In this document: positions 1 to 13,250 of the stretch, piece after piece
Position numbering within the stretch: the first letter of the stretch is position 1
Layout: each line of letters begins with the position of its first letter
Origin: Lama guanicoe
Taxonomy: Eukaryota
Assembly: GCA_013239625.1 (NCBI GenBank)
Contig: MU053994.1
Coordinates: 313,775 to 377,774 of the forward strand
Direction: 5' to 3'
Length of the DNA stretch: 64,000 nucleotides
Position numbers and translations under genes: made by a program
Notes under the pieces: generated by a model
What the model was told of the DNA's origin: nothing
What the model saw: only the letters and a program-made list of their open reading frames with translations
Database searches by the model: none

Positions 1-287
1 ATATATATATATATAAACTCTGCGTTGAGTAATTATAATAGTGCAACTCCTGATATGGGAAGAAATGACAAGGGAAAACACTTTCTAGATCGTAACAGAC
101 TAGTAAGACAGGTGATCCAGAGAATTTTAGATTATCAACAGGACCTGATCCAAAAGTTAGCACATTGAGTGGCCCATCAACAGAATCTTCGCCTCATCTG
201 GGAAGGAGCCTTCCTAGCACCATGGGACAAAATTGGTCATGAAATGCCTCCCAAACTTTGTTCGAATTAATGACCAAGAGATGGTGC
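1..287 (+). mobile_element. 3' end of an ERV internal region (continues upstream of the window)
   Basis: Directly abuts the LTR start at 288 and is the reverse complement of the ERV internal sequence at 49766-50052. Confidence 0.85.
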
Positions 288-740
288 TGTTGACAAAGCA
301 TGTCACCTACCATTTCAGTAAACAAAGGATGTTGCCATCATCAAGCCATCATCAGCCACCATGGATAGTACACCCTGAGGGGATCCACGGTGGAGACAGA
401 CAGGATACTGGCCCTAAATAGTTAAGGTGCACATGAAAGGAATGATATTAATAAGCCCAGACTCTTGCATCTTCCAATAGAGAGAAAAGCACTAAATTTA
501 TTAACTTAAGATGTCTGTGTTTTCTTTAAATAGGCATAATCTTTTGAAGTTTGAGTCCCTGAGTTTTTGTTTTTGTTTGTTTGCAAAAAACTCCCGTATA
601 TCCTGGCACCTACCTTACTTCTTTGGAACAGTCCCTCAGAGCTATCTGAAAAGCTATCTCAGGGCCTTACATCCTCAGTAATGCCCCAAATGAAACATAA
701 TTCTCAACTTTAAGGTTGTGCATATTTTTTCAATATACAG
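288..740 (+). mobile_element. ERV1-type LTR (3' LTR position), family A copy 1
   Basis: TG...CA termini. Homologous along its length to 14912-15404, 15947-16470 and 49313-49765 (shared blocks CAGGATACTGG, CCCTCAGAGCTATCTGA, TTCTCAACTTT.AGG.TGTGC). Confidence 0.85.
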
Positions 741-1679
741 GAGCAAGGAACTGGTTTATCCTGCTCCCTGTGTACTTGTAGAGCTGAGATCAATGGCTGA
801 TTCAATAAATGTTTTTGTTTTAAAATTAATGAATGAGAGCTAAGAGGGTTATGTGTTTGGGCAGAGTTGTATTATGAAACCCAGAGTTTTTTATGGTTCA
901 GTTTTAATAATTTTTTTCCTTTTGAAGTCCCCTATTATAGTCTATACTGATAGGTAGTCTTTCTTCAACTAAGTGGTGCTATTGAAATACTTATTTGTAG
1001 TTGCTTGTTTACTTTTACATCAGCACAGTCTCTGTCCCTGACTAGTTGTCAAGTTTATGGCATTTATACTGTGTTTTGCTAACAAGAGACTGCTAATGTG
1101 TAAATTTCCCAGTGAGTTATTTATCAGAAAGTTACATAATAAAACTCAATGTGAAAAGGAGAAGCTGCCTAAGAAAATATTTTGATAGAATTATACTTAT
1201 TTATTCTATTGTATTTATTAGAGCCTTGCATATAACATGTTAGATACCAATGACATGGTTGAACAAAGCGTGCTTCCCCCAAAAGAAAAGCATTCATCCA
1301 TTTACATATAAAATTAAAATGAAGGTACAAAAGGTCAACTTCAAAACAGAGTATGCCATCAATTAAAAAAAAAACTATTTAAGGCCTATCATTTAAAGGT
1401 TATATTTGAGGTCCAGATAAAATCAATTATCCACTTCCAGCTATCACATTTCACATTGTGAATCTCTCAAGGAGTAGAAGAAAAAAGCAGAATAAAATCT
1501 GTTTCTGTGTTACCTTTCATCTAAGTAGCCTAAAACAAATTTTGGTATTATGTCTTTGGCTAGTATACCATGATTTTAAAAACTGTAGAATAAAATTAAT
1601 ACATATTTTTATTTAAAATAAGTATTTCAACCATAGTGGGCTGGTATATGCTAACACTAGCCTGGACTTTGAGGGATGG

Positions 1680-2950
1680 GGGAAGAAGGGAAGGAAGTTC
1701 ATGCTTTAGCTGAGGTGACATTTAGAAGAAAGGTAGATATAACCAGGCCAAGAAAGGTGAAATTGCCAGGAAGGAAAAAACAGAATGTTCAAAAGCATGG
1801 AAGCATGAGAAAATACAATGCATGTGGAAAACTAGAAATGTTTGCATTTGACTAGGAAAAGGGTACATGTTGAGATGTAAAAGAGTCCTTAATATATAGA
1901 GGGTAGATCATCCAGGGATGTATGCAGAGTGAGGAGAAGAAAGGTACACAGAGGTTCAAACACTAGAGAATACTCACATCCAAGGAATGGGCCAGAAGAG
2001 ACCCCCTAAAAAGATAGAGAACAATTATGAAAGAAGTGAAATCACACACACAAAAATTCCCAAAGTAACAGAATAAGTGAATTGCATTAATGACTGATTT
2101 TTTTTTATCCCTCCTTGTATCTACTCCTATTATTATTTTTTTCTACTCCTATTATTATGTACACTTTAATTGTCTGCCTTTTCTGACTCTAGGCTTGATC
2201 ACATAACATGCTTTAGCCAGTGGAATGTTGGCAGATGTGATAGAGATTTGAAAAGAAGCTTGTACAATTGGGCCTGTACTCTTGTATCTCTGCTGTGAGA
2301 AGGACTAGTCTGAGTAGCTCACTGGTCATAACAGAAAAATAAACTATCCCCAACCAGATCCAGCCTTGATCAAACAGCCTCCATTTGACCCACAGACTTG
2401 TGTTAAAATAACTAATCATTGATGTATTAAGTCATTGAGTTTTGGGGTGGATTGTTATGCAGCAATAGCTGATTAATACATGGAGTTTCAAAAAGTGATC
2501 AGTGGTGTGGAAAGCCAGAGAAAGAAAAGAAGGATTGAAAATATTACATTGACTTATGCAATTAGAAGGTTTCTGTTGATCTTAGTCAGGGCAGCTTCAG
2601 AAGTGGTGGATTCAGGCCCACAACTGCAGAGGATTTGAAGAGTGTAAGGATATATTCAATCTACCATTTTATGGAAACAGACCACAAATGTAGTGTGGAG
2701 AGATAGAGGGCAATAGCTAGTGGATATCGATAAAGGGAAAGGTGCTATATGAAGATGGTAGAGATGTGAGTACCTTTATATGCTTAGGAGACAGAACCAG
2801 CAAAGAGGGAGTGGTTGAAAATACAGAAGAAGGGAGAATGACTTATGCAGAGTGGTCCCTGAGCATGTGGAAGGAGAGGACCACTAGGACAAAAGAAGAG
2901 GAAATTGCCTTGGTTAGAAGAAGCAGTCCTTCTACACTAAGCTGAGAAGA
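1680..2950 (-). mobile_element. Old L2 fragments interrupted by a MaLR LTR
   Basis: Purine-rich degenerate L2-like sequence on both sides of the MLT1 at ~2075-2480; boundaries approximate. Confidence 0.45.
2075..2480 (+). mobile_element. MaLR MLT1-family LTR
   Basis: Typical MLT1 3' end TTTTGGGGTGGATTGTTATGCAGCAATAGCTGATTAATACA ending at 2480. Confidence 0.7.
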
Positions 2951-3399
2951 TAAAATAAGTGTTGGCATAGATAAAGTTAAGTTCCCAGAAAAGAAGGGAA
3001 AAGAGAAAAAAAAGTGAAACAGGGAGTCCCCATATGGCCTCTATATAACATACGAAAGAATGCTGATGAGGGAACTTTGCAAAGCCACACTGCAAACAGC
3101 GAGGAGGTGGTAAACATTAATTGCTGCTAATAGGTGAAGACAGGGGAGCCTTACTCCAGTATTGGGTAAAGCTCAGGATTCTTTACCAACTAAAGCTGAA
3201 GATGATAAGTTCACGATGGTAAGAACACGTGCTTTAATGATTTCTCTAGTTAAGCTTTGTGATTCAGGTCTAGGAGTAGGTGGGTAGTTGGAGGGATTCT
3301 AGTTTGGAATGTTGCAGTGTAGTGTGATTGAAGGCAAGATGTATTAAATACATAAGGATCAAATAGGGAAGGAAGTTGTAACAGTACAACTGTACTATA

Positions 3400-3867
3400 T
3401 AGCCATGAGCAATAGAAAGCCTTACTGTATGGATTAGCTTAAATAAGTAAGAAATTTTTCTCATACAACAAAAATCCTGAATAAGGGACTAGGGTCATGT
3501 TGTAACTCCATAGTATCACCACTGTAACATTAGTATATCATCTTTTTCATCCTTGTCACATAGCTTTGATCTTTGTGGTTGCAGTTTAGTTGCTGAACAA
3601 GTACATTATCATCACATCTGAGTTCCAGGCAGGAAGGAGGAGGAAGAAGTCAAGGACTTTCTCTTAATGAGGTTCTCTTTGGGAAGGAAAGCTATCCAGT
3701 GGGACTTCTCCTAACCTCTTTGGACAGAACTGTGTCACATTGCACCCCTTATTGCAAAGGAGACCAGAAGTTCAAGGTCATAATTTTCCAGCCTCTATTA
3801 CACAGGGGGTTGAGGAAGAGAGGTCTGATATTAGAGTTAAGTGAGCCAATGTATAGTGTCTGCCACA
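3400..3867 (-). mobile_element. MaLR MLT1-family LTR (old, MLT1J/K-like)
   Basis: MLT1-like blocks (GTTCCAGGCAGGAAGG, TTGGACAGAACTGTGTCACAT) ending GTCTGCCACA. Confidence 0.55.
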
Positions 3868-4327
3868 GCAGTGAGATCAAAAGGGAGCAGACATAATGTA
3901 AGAAAATGGAGGAACCAAAGATAGAAACTTTCAATAAATTTGAAAATCAGATGTGAGAAATGGGAGGAGGCTTAGGGATATGGGAGATTAAAAATTCTGG
4001 GGTGAAGCAATTCAGGCAATAAGAGATGATTGTTGAAGAGCCACGAGGGTAAAGGTTCTTGGGATTGAGAAGGTAAAACAAAACAAAACAAAACATCGGA
4101 CTAGAAAGACTCCTCCACATGGATATTGACATTTCTCAGGAGGATGGAGAGATTTGGGGTTTGAGCAAAGTAAAAAATTAGTGTTGATAATAAAGAAAAC
4201 AACATCCTTTTCTGTATATTATGTCAGTAATGAAAACAAGCCCTGTTGTACATGTTTATGAAAGACATCAGGATGAGTCCAGAGAAAATCAGATAACAGG
4301 CCCAAAAGAAAGTTAATATCCTTTCAC

Positions 4328-4837
4328 TGTATCAATTAGGTATTGCTAAATGTAATACTTTAAGACAATAACCATCTACAGTTTTTCAGAAGTCTATTGA
4401 TTGGCTGGATGATCTGCGTTTTGCTGATTTGGGCTGGACTCAGCTTATTTCAGCTTGGCTCATTCAGACATCTCCGTTTAGATGGCACGTCAGCTGGTGG
4501 CTGGCCAGTCTAGGATGCTCTCAGCTGGGATGACTAGGCTCTGCTCATCATGGCCTCTCATCTTCCATCAGTGTAACCTGGACTTATTCACAGCAGAGGA
4601 AAGAGTCCAAGAGAGAAAGCAGAAGTGTGCAAGGTTTCTTGCCACCTAGGCTTGGAATTGGAACAGTATCATTTCTTCTGCATTACGTTGGCCAAAGCAA
4701 GGCACAAGTTGGCCCACATTCAAAGGGTGGGGGATAGGACTCCACCTCTTGGTGGAAGGAGCTAAAATATCATAATGTAAGGGATGTAGATATGGGAGGG
4801 GAAGAATCAGAGCCATTTCTGTTATCAATCTACCACA
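4328..4837 (-). mobile_element. MaLR MLT1-family LTR
   Basis: Starts TGTATCAATTAGGTATTGCT, ends CAATCTACCACA; internal TTGGCCAAAGCAAGGCACAAG. Confidence 0.7.
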
Positions 4838-5129
4838 TTGTTTATTTTCTTGAGTCATTTGTTGAAATTCAAGATATAAGTCTGATTATATCTACTTCAT
4901 GGAAATAAGCATAATTGCTTACAATTTGACTACTTGGCTTCTCTTAGATTACTTAGATGGGATGATTTGAAATGTCAGTAGTTAGTAGTCATAAATATGA
5001 ATGGACATAAGCTACTTAGAAGTTTGAATAGTTCTTTTTATTCTTGTTGAACTGCTAACCCTAGGAGCTACTATGCGTTTTGAGCTCTTTTGCCCCTTCT
5101 TCCTTCCTTCTTTACTTCTTTCCTTCCTT

Positions 5130-5562
5130 CATTTTTTTCTTTCTTTTATTGAAGTATAGTTGGTTTACAATGCTGTGTTAGTTTCAGGTGTATAGCAAAG
5201 TGATTCAGATATATATATATATATATATATATATTCTTTTTCAGATTCTTTTCTGTTATAGGTTACTATAAGATATTGAATATAGTTCCCTATGCTATAT
5301 GGTAAGACTTTGTTGTTTATCTATTTTATAGATAGTAATGTGTATCTGTTAATCCTAAACTCCTAATTTATCCCTCCCCCATTTCCCCTTTGGTAAGTTT
5401 GTTTTCTAGGTCTGTGAGTTTGTTCCTGTTTTGTAAATAAGTTCATTTGTATCATTTTTTAGATTCCATATATAAGTGGTATTGTATGATATTTGTCTTT
5501 CTATGTCTGATTCACTTCACTTAGTATGATGATCTCTAGGACCATCCATGTTGCTACAAATA
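5130..5562 (-). mobile_element. 5'-truncated L1 3' end (cetartiodactyl-type 3' UTR) with internal (TA)n
   Basis: TTTTATTGAAGTATAGTTGGTTTACAAT...CACTTAGTATGATGATCTCTAGG; homologous to the L1 ends at 10240, 17386, 61240 and 62250. Confidence 0.85.
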
Positions 5563-7199
5563 TTTTTCCCCTTCTTTAATAATAACTTTACCTTATCTCG
5601 CCAGCCATGTAATAGTGTAGAGTCATCATTGAATTGCTGAGCTATTACGTGCCTGATTTATTAAGCAACTTGTTAGAATACTGGTGAAGCTCAGGCAGAC
5701 AGGAATAGCTTTCTACTATTTTCATAGGAGAGAAGGAAGAGAACTTTTTGTAAATCCAGTGATCCTGCATGCATCTGAAACAAACACCACGAAGCCTGAT
5801 GTGCTGAAAGCTGTGACCGCAAATGTTCCTGACTGTGTTTTCCCCCATCCCGAGCACACACAGATCCATCTGTGTCACCGTGGCTCATTCTCTCCTCTTT
5901 TCCCCTCTCCAAGTTAGCTCTCTGTGAATACAGGTTTGGAAAGAGTGAAAGCAGAGCACTCAGCCTGCTTTCTTTGGATGAGTGAGTTTCTCTAGCAATG
6001 ACGCTCCCCAGTGCCACAAAAAGCCTGTTGTCAGGTGGTGGGACCTGAGGCCACAGCTCCCTTACCAGTTGTTCTTTGATGCATCACTTCAGGAGCTGTG
6101 AAACAGATGAGATTTAAGGGCAAGCATAGCTTTTCATGCAGTTCAATGAAACAATCTGTCCCTTGAAAGTCACTTTATTTCCAGTGGTACTTTCCATACC
6201 AGTGCGTTAAAAATGTCACTGAATCAAGCTTTTTATTAACTTGTCAGTGTATCCAAAGTGTTCTACAGAATCTCCGTGGGGGATTTTCTTGTCTTGAAAA
6301 CCTACACATTGCCACATAGGCTTTCCTCCCTAATTAGCACTGACAGGTTCTCTTTATTGCAAATATCCCCACTCTCAGAGTACAAGAGAGCAGGTGGGTG
6401 GAAATAGATTTGGATCATTTGCTAGACACAGAAAGAGAAACCAACAGTGCTAATGGCATATGGCTGTGAAGGGAATATTGAACAAATGAGTCCAGGACAG
6501 TGAAGTCATACAATTCAACTGTGGGTTGGGGTAATAACACAGGCTGCTTATTCCGAGAGAACTGGAACATCTTTGATCTTTTAGGGACTGAGATTTTTCT
6601 TAACTCAGGGTCACGTTGCTGAGTCTACAACCTTAGTCCACATTGTGGGATCTGAGATTTTTCTGGTAACCACATATAAATGCTTATCCTGTGGCCAACA
6701 TTACTTCTTCCTTCGTTGTCTTGGCTAGTTTGTTTCTTGGTGTCTGGGTGTTTCTCAGCATACACCTTCCTTGATTAAACTGATTTTTATGGCCCTGAAC
6801 TCTGGGTGCCCAGTTGGTTTCCTGCCCTTTTCCCCATCCCAGTGTACTTAAATTTCCAAGGGACCATGAGTCCCTCCTGATATCACTAGAAATTCACTCA
6901 GTTAGCTTAAGGTAAAATTCAAATTCGGTGGATAGCCTCAAAAATAGGTTAGTAACCTATTGAGTGGTTTTGTAGCATCAACCCTATTCTTTGGCCTAGA
7001 AGGTTCCCATCTGTGTAACATGATTTTAAAATGGTAGACCCTGTCTGCCATCCAGATATTTATATGAACAGCTTGCCAGAAGATTCCAAGTTCCTACTAT
7101 TGGAGTAAAGAATAATTTGGGCCAAATCCAAGTTTTAAATAAACTCATTTGCAATTTCCATAAAGCACCTAAGCATACTATTAAAAGTTAAGATAATGT

Positions 7200-7905
7200 A
7201 CTGCTGGACTTTCGGTGTCAGCTTCAACATGTAAAGATTTGGAAGTTGTCACTCTCATCCTTATGACAGGAAAAAGCTGAACTGAAAAAGCAGTGATTTT
7301 TCTTGGACCCATCAGAGAACTGAGGTTTCAGGACAAACCACCACCTGGAAATCTAGAGTGAAAGGTGAATTCGCAGAGTTATAGCTGAGATCTGTTTATC
7401 TGGAGCAGAAGTGACTAAAGCCATAAAATGGCAGGAACCCTTTAAAGGTCGTTTTGAAGAACTGCTGGAGGCTGAGTATGAACTAGGATGAGAGGGAGAA
7501 ACTTGTGGCGGGTGCAGTCTTGTTGGTATGGGGCATATTTTCTTGGGATTTATATCTAAAATCCCCACCAGGTTCTCATGGTGAAGAGCTGGAAAGTATC
7601 CCCTGGAGTTCTTTTTTCTTTTCTTAGGTTTTAATGGAGGTACTGGGGATTGAACCCAGGACCTTGTGCGTGCTAGGCATGCACTCTACTGCTGAGCTGT
7701 ATTCACTCACCCACCTCGTAGTTCTGACAGTGAGAAAGTAAAAGTAACCACTGTGAGCTATGCCCAGATAATTCTCCACGGTAGAGGCCTACTCTCTAGG
7801 GGGAAACGACTTTGCCAGAACCTTATCCCACTTTAAAGAAGGGCATTATTCCTACTCCACTCCCCTCTAGCCTTGCTTTCTCACCAAAGAAGGGAAAATA
7901 AAGAT
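7200..7905 (+). mobile_element. Old L1M 5'-region fragment interrupted by a SINE
   Basis: GATTTTTCTTGGACCCATCAGAGAACTGAGG and neighbouring blocks resemble L1MC/L1MD 5' ends. Confidence 0.55.
7613..7713 (-). mobile_element. tRNA-derived SINE (camelid vic-1-like)
   Basis: Reverse complement of the SINE at 43107 (GGAGGTACTGGGGATTGAACCCAGGACCT). T-rich tail on the left; imperfect flanking repeat CCTGGAGTTCT/CCTCGTAGTTCT. Confidence 0.85.
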
Positions 7906-8022
7906 AGGAAACTTTGAGTATTACCACTACTTTGTTTGTGTTCTAGACTACAGAAACAGAAAAAGAGGAAGTGGAAGACAAGAAGCTTCCTTTTAGGAGT
8001 GTGACAGAGATCTCACACATTG

Positions 8023-8255
8023 CAGTGAACCCTTGAACGACACAGTTTGAACTGCGCAGGTCCACGTCTACATGGATTTTTTTCAATAGTAAATATTGCA
8101 GTACTGTACAACCCGCACGTGGTTCAATCTTTGAGTGTAAAACCACAGATCCAGAGGAACCACGGATACAGGGGGCCAACTATAAGTAATACTCAAAGTT
8201 TCAACTGGGCAGAGCGTCAGCACCCCTAACCCCACTGTTGTTCAAGGGTCAACTG
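8023..8255. mobile_element. Tigger2-family non-autonomous DNA transposon (MER8-like)
   Basis: Terminal inverted repeats CAGTGAACCCTTGAAC ... GTTCAAGGGTCAACTG followed by TA. Confidence 0.8.
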
Positions 8256-8264
8256 TACTTCCGT

Positions 8265-8687
8265 TCAATGGTGCACCAGAGCTGGCTCGCACCAGCTTGC
8301 ACCAGCTCACAAGAGGCAATTGTTAAATTTTTGAGAATTTTGAGAGCCGGTTGTTAAACATAGCCATTAAATTTACCACTAAACAAATCATATTAAAAGA
8401 GTAAACCTTCATATTAAAAGGGTAAATATTGTCTTTTCTCAGTTATTTTACTACACTTTACTACTGTCTATGCTATTGCTGTTATTTGTGTCTAATTATC
8501 CGCACGGTGGGAATATGATATAATGCTGCTGCCAATCTTTTCCAAACTCTGCGTCATGTCATCGTAGCTTGAAATCAGACGTGGTAGGAGTAGTTACACC
8601 ATAGAAATCAGCAAATGCTCCCAATCAGAGCTCCTCCTCCCCTACACACGAGAGCTCGTGGTTAAACATTTACCGATACATAATTGC
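8265..8687. mobile_element. hAT DNA transposon relic (MER63-like)
   Basis: GAATTTTGAGAGCCGGTTGTTAAACATAGCCATTA and terminal GTTAAACATTTACC blocks typical of MER63. Confidence 0.7.
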
Positions 8688-10239
8688 TTCCATTATATCT
8701 CTTTGGCTAGAATTACTCACAGGCCACACCTCATTACAAGGAAGGATAGGACATATAGTCTGTAGCTGGGTGGCCATATGCCCACCTATTATTTAGGGAT
8801 TCTATTACAAGGAGGAAGTGGAGAATGCATATTAGGGGACCATAAGCACTGTCATGTTTTGATGTAGAAGAGGGAGTTCTGATCAGGTTTCCAGAACTGA
8901 GATGCATTCTATCAGTAGTTCATTAGTAGAGATGCTAATAAACTCAAAATAGAGATTTTAGTACTTGTGTCGTCCACCATCTCAGGGTTAGCGAAAATTA
9001 GCAATTTCAGTTTATGATAGTAGACTGAGCATGTAAGACAAGTCTCCCTTGTCCTGTGTCCAGTTCCCAGAAAGTGCAAAAATTTTAAATATGAATATAC
9101 ATATATATATCAATGTGCTAGAAAACAAGAACCCTTTGTACCTCTGGAAACTATGAGGAATCACTGAGAAGAAGAAAGATAATGTTGGATTTAAGAATGT
9201 ACCTAAAACTCTAAATATGCCTAAGTGATGAGGGGCTTTGAAAATTGGAAGCCACTCATACAGAAATACTTTCAGGGAAACCCAAATTAAGGCATTGAGT
9301 ATACTTCAGTATAAAAGAAAGTTTCTACTTTTGATTTGCTAAGGAATTGGGATATAGAGGTATCTAGCCCCTGAATTTTCCTTTCTCAATGTGTTCTTAT
9401 AAAGGGCAAGTCTTGTTTTAAAGCTAAGTCTGTGAGTATTTTTTTCAGCTGATATACCAAGCTCTACAATTTACTGCCAAATAGAGATTCCTAAGGCAAG
9501 AAAAGATATGACCAGCGACTGAATGCAATGCTTATCTTGGGCATTTGCTTGCAGAGTAAACATTCAGGCAAGCTGTTTGCTCTTTCTGTATTAAGTATGA
9601 TGAGGATGTTTGGACAACATAATATGGTCAGAGACTTGTCTTCTGCATATATGATTTATATTAAATGAGCATTCTTTGCAAACATTTTATCTTTTAGATC
9701 ATGTTAGAGCCAAGCACACACACACACACACACAACACAAGTAAAAATATTCCCAGGATTGATGGATGCTAAACTGCTTACTTCCTCCTCACAAAAAGTA
9801 AAAATGGTAGGTGTCTGTTTTTAGCAACATTTTCCACAGGAGATCAGAAAAGCCATTATAGGATTATGAATGAATTTTTGGTGTTTGATATTAAGAATGA
9901 CTAATGCTTCTGTGGATTTAACAGAGCTGGAAAAGGCTATACAGATAAACAATACTTTAAGATATTGGACATTTGGATTCTGGAAGGAAGAAATACAAAA
10001 TTACAAAATTACAAAATTATATTCAAATGATTTATCTAATTCTCATTTTCTGATCATTGGATGCATACTTGTAATAATATTAATTGAGCACCTACTATAT
10101 GTAAAGTGCCGCTAAAGCCTAAAACAAACACAATGATGCTCTCAAGGAGCTTGTAGTCTATAAGGAAATTTAAAAGAGACATTTCAGCTCAACTTTTTAT
10201 AAAATATTGACAGCAAGTACTATGAACTGTCGCATATTT

Positions 10240-10600
10240 AAAACAGAAACAGATTAACATAGAAAACAAACTTATGGTTACCAGTGGGGCGAGAGGGGTG
10301 GGGAGGGATAAATTGGGAGTTTGAGATTTGCAGATACTAACTACCATATTATTATATATAAAATAGATAAACAAAAAGGTTCTATGTATAGCACAGGGAA
10401 CTATATTTAATATATTGTAATAACCTATAATGAAAAAGAATATGAAAAGGAATATATATATATATATATAACTGAATCACTATGCTGTACACCATAAATT
10501 AACACAACATTGTAAGCTGACTAAACTTCAATTTTTTTAATAACAAATAATAAAACAAAGAGAGAAAAAGATCAACAAAAAGTAAAAATAAAAATAAAAC
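10240..10600 (+). mobile_element. 5'-truncated L1 3' end with A-rich tail
   Basis: AAACTTATGGTTACC...GGGATAAATTGGGAGTTTGAGATTTGCAGATAC...TATAGCACAGGGAACTATATT; TAAAACAGA occurs at both ends. Confidence 0.85.
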
Positions 10601-12761
10601 AGATGCTGTCTTTCTCAACAAGTTGAGAACTCCTAAGTTAGGAGATTTGTAACACTAGGCAAGAGAGCTAGAATTCCACAATTTCTTCAGTATTCAACAA
10701 GCACAGCCTGAATGCCCTAGTTTAGAAGGAGAGATAAATCCTTTATAATAAGCCTGCTTTTCCCCTAAATAGGCTGAATTAGCATAGGAGGGAGAGAAGA
10801 CAGGACTGAACCAACAATTTTCCACAAAAACTTTGCAATCTGGCTTTTAGCTCTGACAGGAAGCAATTTGAGAAATGTCTATGCATTTCCAGCCTTTTCC
10901 CTTCTTTCTCCTTTTAAGAATCCTGGGTGGTTGGAGCGCTGATGCTGGAGTATGAAGTAGAGAGGAGAATTGGAGAAAGTGAAAACACAAGGTTAATTTA
11001 CATATGCAAGTGTACAGAGCTACTCCTGGTAGGTAAGAATAATCTGGAAAGGCTGGCGACCTAAGTGAGAAAGGCACCTGGGAGATTTTTGAGCGGAGAG
11101 AATGTGGGAAGCAGCCAGAAAGGAAGGAGCAGAGCAATGCCTAAAAGAGGACTTGGGGAAAGTCTTGCTCCCTGGTGAGGCTTAGCTCTTCTTTACTGCT
11201 TCTTGAAGAGACATCAGGAAATGCTTTCGTGGCTTTACAAGGCTTTTTAGAGTCAGCCTTGTGGGCATTTTGTGTGTGTTTTGTTTGTTTGCTGGTTTGA
11301 GATGTCATTCAACTACAATATGAGTCTCAAGCAAGGAGTGAGAATAGTCAGGTTAATTGAGGATAAAGAGGAAAAATTCTGCGAAGCTGGAAATCCAACA
11401 CCATTTTACTCTAGGCAGAAGAGTGAATTTCTGAACGTTCCTCCCCCCTTTCCTTTTCTGTGCTCACTTCTCCTTTCGCTCTCCTGGTTCTGGAGGTGGG
11501 CTAGTGAAATGTGCCACGAATCAAGAGGTTTGGAGTTGGAGTTCTTTGTTTCACTTACCAGACCATGGGGCAAGTCACTTCATTTCCCCCCCCAAACCTC
11601 AGTTTCCTTATATGTAAAATGGGCATGACAGTACTTGCTCTGCCTGTCTCACAGCACTGGGTGAGTTGTGAGTGTGATGGAAATGTAAGGGATGTTCTCT
11701 TTTATCCACCATTTCCTGAGGGCCTTGCTGTAATAGTGTTCTCTAACTTATTAGTTGGTACAGCCCTGCTCTTCTAACAAGTAGTTGCATCTTTATATAG
11801 AGGACTTCTAAAGATGAAATATGCTTTGAAGCCCAAAGGAGTGGTTAAGATTTCAGCACAGAAAGATAGTGGTGGGGAGCTAGAAGTGGAAGCTATTTTT
11901 CAAATATATCATGTAGGTAGGCATCTTTCTTACTCGAGGGCAAAACTGAACATAACATATTACTCCAATGCTTAATCTTTCCATTTCAGATTTAATTTTG
12001 CTTTAAAGAATGGTACCAATTTTCTATTTGAACAGTAACTCTCCTCCCTTCACTTCTCTGATTTTCAGCCTTATGTGATAAATTGACAAACTTTCCCAAT
12101 TTGACTTTTCAGAGCATTACTCTCTAAGTATATAGAAAATTAACTCTGTGTTGTTTAAATTATGCCTTTGCAGCCTAATATGAAAGTATTTACTGTAATT
12201 GAAACAGAGGTTTCAAATCTAGATGAAAACAAGTAACATAAATGATTTAACTTTTTTTGAGATTTAACAGTTCATACTGGACATTACAAAATCCAGGATT
12301 TTTGTACTGGAAATGGAATTTTAAAATGATTCCTCACCTTGGACCTTCTAAGGTAAATGAAAGTTGTAATGGATGGGAAAGGGAATGGGAAATTACTAAG
12401 AAAGAAGCCCAGAAAGATAGAATGTAAGGTAATGGGAATTATAAGTAGGTTTTTAAAAGAAATTTATAGTTTTCTAGCTTTAAAAAGTGAGAATGTATAG
12501 TTTTAAAAATCATGAGAAAATTAATTTCATTAAAAAGTAAATGTGAATAAGAGATCTACTTTTATAATTTTCAGAGACTGAACTGAACCTGCTAGGATTA
12601 CTGGATTTAACAGCTACCTTTAGTAACCATTTGGGCCAATTGGTTCATTTTGAGGATGAGGTTATTGAGGTCAGAGAGGTCCAGTGTCTTGCCCAAGCTC
12701 ACACAGTGAATAAATTTACTGCAGGAGAATGGGAAGCGAAAGGATGGTCACATCCCAGGTC

Positions 12762-13250
12762 CGTGGGATGGGCTGCCAAGTGAGGGTCCTCGGCTTTGTG
12801 CAGGAAAGAATTCAAGAGTGAGCCATAGCAAAGTGAAAGCAAGTTTATTTAGAGAGATACACATTCGTTAGACAGAAAGTGGTCCATTTCAGAAGGGAGA
12901 CTGGCCCTGGGGTGTGGGGGTGTTTAGTTTTCACGAGCTGTGTAATTTCATATGCTAATGAGTGGGAGGATTATTCCAACTATTTTCGAGAAGGAGTGGG
13001 GATTTCCAGAAATTGGGCCACCACCCACTTTTTGGCTTTTGATGGTTAGCCTCGGAACTGTCACAGCACCTGTGGGTATGTCGTTTAGCATGCTGATGTA
13101 TTACAATGAGCCTATAATGAGGCTCAAGGTGTATTGGTAGTTGAATCTTCTGCCATCTTGGGCCTAGTAGGTTCTAACCAGGTTATGTTGTATCCTCAAT
13201 GGCTGTGTCATTCTTTTAATGGTTGTGCCCTGCCCCCTTCACTTGTCTCA
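12762..13250 (-). mobile_element. ERV1-type solo LTR (MER51/MER61-like, family B)
   Basis: GCAGGAAAGAATTCAAGAGTGAGCC...AAAGTGAAAGCAAGTTTATT (minus-strand AATAAA); ends ...TGTCTCA; adjoins a MIR fragment. Confidence 0.75.
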
